The notes: a model not told the origin generated them from the letters alone. A DNA stretch of 64,000 nucleotides from Blastocatellia bacterium (GCA_039648975.1 JBBWZK010000069.1:4428-68427), one strand, 5' to 3'. Shown: positions 27,483 to 35,809, numbered from the stretch's first letter. Translations and numbers: made by a program.

Positions 27483-27497
27483 AAGGGATAATCCCTT
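27483..27497. promoter_or_regulatory. Operator-like palindrome just upstream of the Cro-like gene SD
   Basis: AAGGGAT-A-ATCCCTT. It shares the AAGGG...CCCTT half-sites with the palindrome at 25303-25320. Confidence 0.4.
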
Positions 27498-27874
27498 CAA
27501 AAGCCTGCCGGTTCCTTTTCGGTTTGGTTTAACTGCCTTACAATGTTGAGATTACTATAACAGCAATTTGATGTCAATAGTTAAACTAAGTAAATAAAGC
27601 GGTTATGTATACTACTTGTGGAATACTTAGTAGGTGTGGCTTAGGATAAGTTGCGCCAACAGCGCGGGATACAGGGAATCTATAACTCCTTTTCGGCAGT
27701 AAATTTTTTTTTGCAGGCGGGTAGGGTTTTGGTCAAAAAAACAGAGTCGGCGTTAAGCTGTCGGGACGTTGCCAAACTTACTCCTTTGAAGTATTAGTAT
27801 AAAGTACATAATCGCAACGGCACTCATTCAAGAAGCAAACTAGCCGAATAGGACAAGGGAGGTTAAAGCGTCCA

Positions 27875-30800
27875 ATGCGTATTGACGAATCAACCCGCAA
27901 CACACTTAGCCAGTACCTAACGGATATTCGAAGCCTGCCGAACGAGTCCGCGAAAACAAACAGGTTCTCCGCGCTCGTTGCCACGTTGTTTCCCGGCACC
28001 TCTGCGTCCACTGAGTTAGCAGCAGGGGTCGAGAAGATGATTCGCATCGATACGTTGGACGGTGAGAAGCGAGGGCGGATGGATGCCTATTACGGCAATG
28101 CAATCGTGGAGTTTGAAAGGTCTTTGAAGGCTACTGGGGCGGAAGCTGAAAGGCAGTTGAGGGAGTATACGGCGGGCGTTTGGAAAAAGAGCAAGGAGAG
28201 AAGACAAATCCTGTGTGTAGCTTCTGACGGTATCGTGTGGAAAACTTATCGGCCATCGCTCAAGGAAGGAACGAAGGCGAAAGTCACACCTGAAGACGTT
28301 GTATTGGAGTCACTGAGAACTATTGAAGTCACCGAGCAAACGCTTGATGACTTTTATATGTGGCTGACCAGTTTTCTTTTCCGGCCTTCTCGCATCGCGC
28401 CGACCGCAAGTCAATTCCAGTTTGACTTCGGGGCAACCAGTCCGGCCTTTGTCGATGCGATGGAAACATTAAGCCGAGCATGGGAAGCCGTTAGTAAAGA
28501 GTCCGAGCCGCAGTTGATGTACAACACATGGCAGAGGTATTTGACGGTCACATACGGCCAACTCGGCAAGGCTGAAACTCAAGAACTCCACAAGCTGTTT
28601 TTGAAGCATACCTATCTCGCAAGCGTTGCCAAACTGCTGATATGGGCATCCCTCTCGCGTGGCAGAACCGAAACCAGCCTTCGTGAAGTTGCGAAGGAGA
28701 TTCTGTCGGGCCAATATTTTCAAGCTCGAAAGATTGCCAATCTCGTTGAGGACGATTTCTTTCAGTGGGTGAGGCGGCCAAAAGCTGAAGCCATCGTTTC
28801 GGAAGTATGGGAGCGAATCCTCGACCAGATGACCACTTATGATTTGCCGCTTCTCAATCAAGATGTTCTGAGGGGCGTGTATCAAGAGCTAGTCGACCCG
28901 AAAGACCGTCATGAATTAGGCGAGTACTATACGCCCGAATGGTTATGCGAAAGGGTTGTCGATGAACTACTACCTTCAAGCGGGTTCGTGAGCGTTCTCG
29001 ACCCCACATGCGGCTCAGGCAGTTTTCTACACGCTGTCATTGCTCATCAATTAAATGCAAATCAGGAAGGCGGAGATGCAACACGCCTGCGCCAAATACT
29101 CGAAAACGTAGCGGGGATAGATATTCATCCACTGGCCGTCACTATAGCGAAGGCTACTTATTTGCTCGCGGTGCGCTCGCTGTTGAAGGCAACGAAGCGG
29201 CCCATTCAAGTCCCTGTCTACCTTGCCGATTCGCTCTTTCTACCAAGAGAGGTGTCACAAATGAGTTTTGGCGAAGTGCCAGGCTATGAGATACGCTTCG
29301 GCAAAGATAGCAAGGTGTCCATCCCTGAAGAACTTGTCCAAACGCCCGAATTGTTTGACCCCGCGATTGCGGCATCGGCGCAGATTGCCCTCGACCATGC
29401 AAAGACCAATAAGGAGAGCGAGAAATCACTTCAGGCATATCTAAAGCAGGCCGTGCCCGAACTCATCGAGCATAAAGACTCGGATGCGATGGTTACTGCG
29501 CTTTGGTCTTTCACAAAGGAGTTGAGCAGCCTGATAAAGAAGAAAGAGGACACCATTTGGGCCTTCATCGTGAGGAACAGCTACCGGCCAGCGATGTTCC
29601 GAGAAAGATTCGACTATATAGTTGGCAACCCTCCGTGGCTCTCATACAGATACATTTCTGACCCTGAGTATCAAGCCGAGGTAAAGAAGCGGGCCATTGA
29701 CGATTATGGCATAGCTCCTAATTCTCGAAAGCTATTCACGCAAATGGAGCTTGCTACAATCTTCTTAGCTCACACTCTTTCAACATTCGGGCGGAAGGAT
29801 GCTCACCTCGCATTTGTATTGCCTAGAAGCGTGGTGTCGGCTGACCAGCATGAGAATTTACGAGTACGCAGCTATAAAGCGCCGATAGAACTGTATGAAC
29901 TTTGGGATATGGTTGATGTATATGAAATATTCAAGGTTCCGACGTGCGTCCTATTCGCTAAGAAGATAGATAAGCCCGTCGTACCTTCCACCAACTATTC
30001 TCTTCCTGCAATCGAATGGAGCGGCGACTTACCATCCCGCGATGTGGCATGGAGTGAGGCGCAGAACTATTTAACAAGTGAAAAAGCCACAGCGAAGATT
30101 ATCTATCTAGGAGAGCGCACCGCCCTTTCCACGAAGCCCGGTAGAACCAAGCCCAACTCTCCCAGTTTGTACTCAAAGGATTTTCATCAGGGAGCTACCA
30201 TTGTCCCGCGTAGTGTCTACTTCGTTCAGGCCGAGGGGCTTGAGGGCGAAGCGGACGCCGATAGTCTCTACTGGGCAGAAACCGAGCCTGAGCAAGCTAA
30301 GGAGGCAAAGGAGCCGTACAAAGATGTTTATCTCAAGGGACACGTTGAGGGACGCTTTTTGTTTTCGACGGCTCTATCTAGGCACGTCCTACCGTTCGTA
30401 TTCTTAGAGCCTGCCGTCGTGGTTCTACCTGTCGAAGAAAATAAAGGAAAATTAGAGTTAAAGACTGCCGACCAGTTAAGAGAGGAGGGATACAGAGAAT
30501 TCTCGTCTTGGATGGAGCAAGCTGAGACAATATGGAACTCAAAGCGCGGAGATAAAGCCGACAAGCAAACCATCTATGAAAGGCTAGATTATGGTAGTGG
30601 ACTGACCATCCAAAAACCTAATGCAAAATACATCGTGCTTTACAACGCCGCAGGAACTAACATCTCGGCAACTCGCGTGTTCCGAAAGGACTTGGTGCTT
30701 CCTTTTATTATCGAGCATAAATTGTATTGGTGTGCTTGTGCGAACGCTGACGAGGCAGATTACTTAACGGCAATTCTGAACGCTGAGTATGTTAACGATT

Positions 30801-31066
30801 TAATCAAACCCTTCCAGTCTCATGGACTAATGGGCGAAAGGGATATTGAGAAGAAGGTTCTAGACCTTCCCATCCCTCCGTTTAACCCTAATAAGTCAGA
30901 GCACAATGACATTGTTGAATTAGGGAAACGGGCGCGACTCGAAGCGGCAGCATTCGTAAAGAAAGTCTCTTTTCCAAAATCGCTCGGCAGACGCCGCGCT
31001 ATGGTCAGAGAGGCTATTGTGGACACGCTACAGGAAATCGACATGGCTGTAAAAAAACTGTTTTGA
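27875..31066 (+). CDS. MmeI/PglX-like single-chain N6-adenine DNA methyltransferase (possible type IIG/IIL enzyme)
   Basis: SAM motif I is VLDPTCGSGSFL (28994-29029) and motif IV is NPPW (29627-29638). The N-terminal block GRMD70AYYGNAIVE79FE81R resembles the MmeI-family D..ExK nuclease motif, with Lys replaced. About 400 aa of TRD-like C-terminus follows. GGGAGG lies upstream of the ATG. Confidence 0.75.
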   Translation: MRIDESTRNTLSQYLTDIRSLPNESAKTNRFSALVATLFPGTSASTELAAGVEKMIRIDTLDGEKRGRMDAYYGNAIVEFERSLKATGAEAERQLREYTAGVWKKSKERRQILCVASDGIVWKTYRPSLKEGTKAKVTPEDVVLESLRTIEVTEQTLDDFYMWLTSFLFRPSRIAPTASQFQFDFGATSPAFVDAMETLSRAWEAVSKESEPQLMYNTWQRYLTVTYGQLGKAETQELHKLFLKHTYLASVAKLLIWASLSRGRTETSLREVAKEILSGQYFQARKIANLVEDDFFQWVRRPKAEAIVSEVWERILDQMTTYDLPLLNQDVLRGVYQELVDPKDRHELGEYYTPEWLCERVVDELLPSSGFVSVLDPTCGSGSFLHAVIAHQLNANQEGGDATRLRQILENVAGIDIHPLAVTIAKATYLLAVRSLLKATKRPIQVPVYLADSLFLPREVSQMSFGEVPGYEIRFGKDSKVSIPEELVQTPELFDPAIAASAQIALDHAKTNKESEKSLQAYLKQAVPELIEHKDSDAMVTALWSFTKELSSLIKKKEDTIWAFIVRNSYRPAMFRERFDYIVGNPPWLSYRYISDPEYQAEVKKRAIDDYGIAPNSRKLFTQMELATIFLAHTLSTFGRKDAHLAFVLPRSVVSADQHENLRVRSYKAPIELYELWDMVDVYEIFKVPTCVLFAKKIDKPVVPSTNYSLPAIEWSGDLPSRDVAWSEAQNYLTSEKATAKIIYLGERTALSTKPGRTKPNSPSLYSKDFHQGATIVPRSVYFVQAEGLEGEADADSLYWAETEPEQAKEAKEPYKDVYLKGHVEGRFLFSTALSRHVLPFVFLEPAVVVLPVEENKGKLELKTADQLREEGYREFSSWMEQAETIWNSKRGDKADKQTIYERLDYGSGLTIQKPNAKYIVLYNAAGTNISATRVFRKDLVLPFIIEHKLYWCACANADEADYLTAILNAEYVNDLIKPFQSHGLMGERDIEKKVLDLPIPPFNPNKSEHNDIVELGKRARLEAAAFVKKVSFPKSLGRRRAMVREAIVDTLQEIDMAVKKLF

Positions 31067-31190
31067 TAGTTGTGTCTTTTTTTTAAGTTAGACAGGCTAG
31101 AGGTTAGAAGCGGAGAAACCTTCCTTGCTTGACAGAGTAACTGCCAGTCAAAATAATGAGGCCGCACGTCATAGGAAGAGGGGAGAGCGT

Positions 31191-32342
31191 GTGAGTCAGC
31201 ATAACCAGATGGACTTATTTGGTCAGCCAATAACTGAAAAAGTCCTATTAGAAAATGACGTTCACTTGCTGGCCCTAACCGAGATTCAGGGTATCGGTTC
31301 TGCGACCGCTCGGTCATTTTTTGAAATGTTTGATGGCGATTTATCGCGGGTTTGGAGCGCGCAGGCAGAAGAGTTATATGAAGGGCTGCGGAAGTCACGG
31401 GCGCAACATCCGATAAATATTGTCAACAAAATACACAAAGACTCTGCGAAGCTAATCGAGTTGGCGCGAGACCGGCTTCGGATGTTCAAGGAGCGAAGGA
31501 AGATTTCGGTCATTTTCCGCGACACCCCCGAATACCCAGTCACGCTCCTTGACCTGCCTAATCCGCCTGCATGGATATTTGTACAGGGCGATTCAAAGCT
31601 CCTACACAACACAAATCTCGTCGCGGTTGTTGGCACTCGCACGCCCACAGAGAACGGAATTGAAGCGGCCAAACGGCTCTCAATTTTACTCGTCACAAAC
31701 GGAGCCTTGATTCTGTCGGGTTTGGCTGAAGGCATAGACGAGGTGGGCCATCGCACAGCCGTCGACCACGGTGTTCCTACCGTCTCGGTGTTAGGTCACG
31801 GCATCGACATCGTATTTCCTCGGTCAACTGCTGCCTTACGGCAACAGATAATCGATGTCGGCGGCGCTGTGGTGACTGAATATCTGCCGAGAGACTCCTA
31901 CAATGCCGAGCGATTCGTTCAGAGAAACCGCATTCAGGCTGCGCTCTCACAAGCGGTTGCGATTGTGGAAGGAAAGACAAAGAGCGGTACGGCGCATACG
32001 GTACGTTTTGCCAAACAACTTAAAAGGCCGTTGTTCGGCGTCCGAATTGGTCGGCCAACTAAGTCACCGAATCAGGAATTGCTCGAAGAGTTGAGTAAAA
32101 ATAATGCGCCCGTGTTTGACCTCGATGCTCTTGATACAAAGGAAGCTCTGACTAAATTTATGCACGAGCATCTTTCTTTGGGCAATAATCTACATGCCCC
32201 TGCCAAGCCGTCGCGGTTCCGCATGATTCTGAAAGAACTCGATAGGATTATTGAATACTATGGCGCGAATGACGCAGACTATCAGTACCTCATTGATGAA
32301 ATAGACCAACGCCGTAAAGGAAGTAAGAAAGATGCCAATTAA
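31191..32342 (+). CDS. DprA/Smf-family (SLOG Rossmann) protein
   Basis: VAVVGTRTPTENG..LSGLAEGIDEVGHRTAV..TVSVLGHGIDIVFP..RFVQRNRIQAAL..VEGKTKSGTAHTVRFA is the DNA_processg_A pattern. An N-terminal HhH/SAM-like segment (LLALTEIQGIGSATARSFF) is present. The start is ambiguous: TTG 31125, GTG 31191 after GGGGAG, or ATG 31209. Confidence 0.8.
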   Translation: MSQHNQMDLFGQPITEKVLLENDVHLLALTEIQGIGSATARSFFEMFDGDLSRVWSAQAEELYEGLRKSRAQHPINIVNKIHKDSAKLIELARDRLRMFKERRKISVIFRDTPEYPVTLLDLPNPPAWIFVQGDSKLLHNTNLVAVVGTRTPTENGIEAAKRLSILLVTNGALILSGLAEGIDEVGHRTAVDHGVPTVSVLGHGIDIVFPRSTAALRQQIIDVGGAVVTEYLPRDSYNAERFVQRNRIQAALSQAVAIVEGKTKSGTAHTVRFAKQLKRPLFGVRIGRPTKSPNQELLEELSKNNAPVFDLDALDTKEALTKFMHEHLSLGNNLHAPAKPSRFRMILKELDRIIEYYGANDADYQYLIDEIDQRRKGSKKDAN

Positions 32343-33486
32343 GGCTGTTATACTCGACCTTGATGGAACGCTCATCGATACCACGGACAATATCGTGGCC
32401 GGTGTTCCACAGATGATTTCGAGTCTTCAACAGAATGGCGTAGCCGTCTATGTTGCGTCCAACAGATTGCCTGCGCCACCAGTGGATTTTAATGGGCTAG
32501 GAATAACTCCGAACGAGTACCTCACGAGGCGCAGAGTTGGCCAACGTAAGGGAACGGGTGCGTTTGTTGATGCGGTTCTAGCAAACCTTAGAATCGAAAG
32601 AAATGAACTCCTATATTTGGGAGATTCCGTCAATGATATGAGAGAGGCTGTTAATAGTAAGGTAGCCTTCTTTCTAGCGGCTTGGTCAAATCCAACGTAT
32701 TCATACGGGCTTGCAATTAAGACGCCTGCGCGATTTGCTCATATCGTGAAGACTTTTTTCTTAAAAGACAAGCTATGGTTTTACCGGATAAACAGTGTCG
32801 ACCACCTTACTCGAACTGTCGCTGTACGAGCACTCCTAGACCCGGACACCGCAATTTCAACTGGCATCAGAGACCTCCTAAAAAGGAATATACTTGGCCC
32901 ACCTATAAAGACCTATTCCCTACCTGCCTATTTATCCTTCCATCTGTTCTCAAGCGTGTATCTTGAGGGCTTACATTTACATGGAAGTCAGGGAGGGCCA
33001 ACCATTTGGTGTATTTATCCGGGGCATGATGGCAGTCAGGGCAGAGTCTTAAGTACTTTCGCACAGGTGGTATCACGATTGTTTCATGACAATTATCAAC
33101 CTTCTTTAATTAATCGGCATACTCCTTCTATAAAAAGTGCATATGCACGATGGCGCGGCGAAACGGTCGATTTTGCTAATCAACTAAAGACAATCAACCT
33201 CTCTCCTGCACTTCGCAGATTCATAGAAGACAGGACTATATTAGTCTTTGACGATTTCACTACTGAGGCTTATAGCTTTGAAGCGGCAAGGAACTTTTTA
33301 TACAACGCAGGTGCGCGTGAAGTAATCAGTATTGCTGTTGGGAAGTATCGGAAACCCTACTATCCTCACTGTCCACATCCCGGCGTTGTTTGGGATAGTT
33401 TCGCTCCCGCCAATCTTGAGGATAGAGATTTTAGAATCGACGCAGTTGAGGAAAACTACGACCTCGATGCGGTCACTCCCTTTTAG
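32332..33486 (+). CDS. HAD-phosphatase :: ComF/GntX-like phosphoribosyltransferase fusion
   Basis: HAD motif I is VILDLDGTLIDT and motif IV is YLGDSVNDMREA. The C-terminus IWCIYPGH..LINRHTPSIKSAYAR..ILVFDDFTTEAYSFEAARNFLYNAGAREVISIAVGKY is a PRTase fold with a non-canonical PRPP loop. It overlaps the DprA-like gene by 11 nt. Confidence 0.65.
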   Translation: MPIKAVILDLDGTLIDTTDNIVAGVPQMISSLQQNGVAVYVASNRLPAPPVDFNGLGITPNEYLTRRRVGQRKGTGAFVDAVLANLRIERNELLYLGDSVNDMREAVNSKVAFFLAAWSNPTYSYGLAIKTPARFAHIVKTFFLKDKLWFYRINSVDHLTRTVAVRALLDPDTAISTGIRDLLKRNILGPPIKTYSLPAYLSFHLFSSVYLEGLHLHGSQGGPTIWCIYPGHDGSQGRVLSTFAQVVSRLFHDNYQPSLINRHTPSIKSAYARWRGETVDFANQLKTINLSPALRRFIEDRTILVFDDFTTEAYSFEAARNFLYNAGAREVISIAVGKYRKPYYPHCPHPGVVWDSFAPANLEDRDFRIDAVEENYDLDAVTPF

Positions 33487-33526
33487 TAGTTGCCAATCCC
33501 TATATTGGGTAGGCCATTAGACGCCT

Positions 33527-33558
33527 AAAAAAAAGGGGCAAGCCCGAAAGCCTACCCC
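33527..33558 (-). terminator. Intrinsic terminator of 33568-34194
   Basis: The minus-strand RNA is GGGGUAGGC-UUUCGG-GCUUGCCCC followed by U8. The G-U pairs make the stem strand-specific. Confidence 0.65.
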
Positions 33559-33567
33559 GCCTGCGCT

Positions 33568-34194
33568 CTACAGCGTGCCGCATGGTCTAGCACCACTCCA
33601 TACCCGTTTGAGGCTGCCGCCCGGCCCCCACTTCGTCTTCCGATACAAGGCGTCCACGTACCAAACGTAACGCACGCCGTCCTGCAAGGTACGGAGGCAC
33701 ACGATGTCTACGCCGCCTAAGTTCTCATAAGGCAGTCTGTCCCTGCCCAAGTTTGCCCACTCGCCGCCCGGCTGGATTCTGTGCCCGTGCAGGCGGTAAA
33801 ACCCGTCGTCCTTAGAGTGCGAGTTCCAGCCAAACTGGAGGCGCTCCTCGTGCAAGGCGTACCCCTCGCGGGAAAGAAACCAGCGCCGCTTGTACTCCTC
33901 AAGGCCCGCCAGTTTCATGTCCATGTCGACTACCACGATGCCGTCGTGCGCCTCCCGCCTGTCCCTGTCGTGGCTGTAGTTGGATACACGCTCCGACGCC
34001 AGAAGCCAGATAGCCCGTGCGTGCGTTTTCACATAGTCGCTCACTGCAATAGCCGCAGCCGTAAAGTCATCCTCGGTTACGGATTCCTTAGCTGCTTTGC
34101 GCCGTGCCGAGCCGCCCGCATGACGAGCGCCGGTCGCCGTAGGCAGATAAATCACGTTGGTCGTTTCTGTGTTCTCGGTTCTTTCGTTCATCAA
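33568..34194 (-). CDS. Hypothetical protein (GC-rich orphan inside the island)
   Basis: 208-aa ORF with its own terminator. I recognise no motif. Confidence 0.4.
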   Translation of the reverse strand: MMNERTENTETTNVIYLPTATGARHAGGSARRKAAKESVTEDDFTAAAIAVSDYVKTHARAIWLLASERVSNYSHDRDRREAHDGIVVVDMDMKLAGLEEYKRRWFLSREGYALHEERLQFGWNSHSKDDGFYRLHGHRIQPGGEWANLGRDRLPYENLGGVDIVCLRTLQDGVRYVWYVDALYRKTKWGPGGSLKRVWSGARPCGTL

Positions 34195-34508
34195 AATTCG
34201 TCTCCTTTTTTCATTGATTTGGGGATAAAACTAGCCCCTCTAAACTCCCGATTTTGAAGTCCCGATTTGCTTTGTTTGTCAATAACAAAATGCAGGCATG
34301 AGCAAAAAAAAGGCAGGCCGTTTAAGCCCGCCCGGTGCCCATTTTAAGCGTTGTATATGTCCTTCTCCGGTGTATTCTAGTGTTTCATCGCAATAGATTT
34401 GATGGACGGAATGCAAGAAATCGCCCGAAAAAAGGAGATTCTATCCTACAAATTCATTGCGATGAAACACAAGGACGCCCTCCATTCTTTCATTTCCCTA
34501 AAAGGTAA

Positions 34509-34537
34509 TTGACATTTCTCTCATTAAATAATATAAC
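34509..34537 (+). promoter_or_regulatory. Sigma70-type promoter for the membrane-protein pair
   Basis: TTGACA (34509-34514), a 17-nt spacer, then TATAAC (34532-34537). It lies about 60 nt upstream of the ATG at 34600. Confidence 0.5.
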
Positions 34538-34599
34538 GTGCGCATCAATTGGATTTCCTTAGCAAAATGAGTTGATAAATTTACACTAGGCGGATATAT

Positions 34600-35295
34600 A
34601 TGAGTGCACCAGATAAACAACCACCGAATCGTTACGAGAATTACAAAAAACGAGCTAAAAAACAGGAAGACTTTACTAGGAAATCCACTATCAACGTGAC
34701 TATATCAATTATAGTGGCGCTATTCGGATTAGTGTTCGCTCTATTTGTCATGTATAAAGATGTTGAATTTCAAAAGCAATACAATTGGAAATTGATAGCG
34801 GTATTGAGTTCTATCGGGTTCATAATTCTTGCTCTAATGGCCTTATATACGCCACGATTACTGAAATTAAATCCAAAAACGGAAAGTCAGACAGAAAAAA
34901 AAGAGGTGGGATTAAGGGCTACAGTTGTCGGCTTATTAGTAGATGATAAACAAAAGAGCTTTTTTACTATATATATATCACTTTTAATAGGTTTCCTTAT
35001 TTATCTAGTTTCGATTTATTTTGCAGGTCAGGCTATAAGCATAGGAACTCTGTCTTTACTAGCAGCTTTCCTATTAGCACTCTTTCTTAACCAATACTTA
35101 TTGAAGTATCGATTGAAATATGGATACTTTGGCACGACCGAACACGAAGCACGCGAGATAATTGACCTAATTCTCAAACATTCTGATAAATCAGACTTCT
35201 CCGATGGGGATGGCCTTAATGAGCTTTTCCCTGAACCAGAGAGAGGGGGGACGGGGCATCGAGTATTAGTTCCATCACTGGACAATGACAGATGA
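34600..35295 (+). CDS. Four-TM membrane protein, unknown function
   Basis: 231 aa with four hydrophobic helices and a Lys-rich N-terminus. It is very AT-rich. Confidence 0.5.
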   Translation: MSAPDKQPPNRYENYKKRAKKQEDFTRKSTINVTISIIVALFGLVFALFVMYKDVEFQKQYNWKLIAVLSSIGFIILALMALYTPRLLKLNPKTESQTEKKEVGLRATVVGLLVDDKQKSFFTIYISLLIGFLIYLVSIYFAGQAISIGTLSLLAAFLLALFLNQYLLKYRLKYGYFGTTEHEAREIIDLILKHSDKSDFSDGDGLNELFPEPERGGTGHRVLVPSLDNDR

Positions 35296-35738
35296 AAAAC
35301 GCTGATGCTGATTCGGTGACAGCCTTTCTTAAACGGGCAACTGATATTTTGTTCGTACAGAACCCAAAAGGAACTGCACTAGGAGTCCTCTTCGGATTTA
35401 TGCTGTATGGACTTTCACTAATGTTTGCTCCTGCTTTGGGAAAAATTAGCTTTATAGACCTTACTAAGGTTTATGCAATCTACTATGTGATTTTCGGAAT
35501 GTTCGTTTTTAACATACGCTCTTACTTTCGGAGACGAGAGTTCAGCCCGGAAATTGAAAAGGCATTTGAGGTAATTAGGGAAGCACGCAAGTCAGGGAAT
35601 ATGGGTGAACTAGAAGCAAAGATAGAATATCGCAAACTGATTCATAAGGTGTTGGAAGAAGTAACAATCAAGGTTCCTCCAACACCTGAACCGCGACGCC
35701 GAAAACCTATTGCCTCCAAATCCCAATCAGGTAGTTAA
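35292..35738 (+). CDS. Two-TM membrane protein with a charged helical tail, unknown function
   Basis: 148 aa, with an ATGA overlap onto the previous gene. It is AT-rich. Confidence 0.5.
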   Translation: MKNADADSVTAFLKRATDILFVQNPKGTALGVLFGFMLYGLSLMFAPALGKISFIDLTKVYAIYYVIFGMFVFNIRSYFRRREFSPEIEKAFEVIREARKSGNMGELEAKIEYRKLIHKVLEEVTIKVPPTPEPRRRKPIASKSQSGS

Positions 35739-35809
35739 TTCACCTTGAAGTCTTTACCCGCTAAACCTTATTTTAATCGGGCTATGCGCTACCAAACTTC
35801 CACCTCGCT

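Larger units (their letters stand above)
2199..27500 (-). mobile_element. Prophage-derived region: HK97-type siphovirus structural operon plus a minimal control region (incomplete, or modules lie outside the window)
   Basis: The gene order terS-terL-portal-protease-MCP-connectors-tail-TMP-tip is contiguous, with many ATGA/TAATG overlaps. No integrase, replication or endolysin gene was found. Confidence 0.8.

Noticed and set aside
30820-31756. Minus-strand ORFs (192 and 156 aa) spanning the methyltransferase/DprA junction
   Set aside because: They are antisense to two genes with strong family motifs. They cross an intergenic region and show no coding signature.
33781-34257. 158-aa plus-strand ORF opposite 33568-34194
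   Set aside because: The minus-strand ORF has a strand-specific terminator (G-U pairs) directly after its stop. The plus ORF is Arg/Val-rich and lacks a start context. Neither ORF has a recognisable family, so confidence in the choice is moderate.
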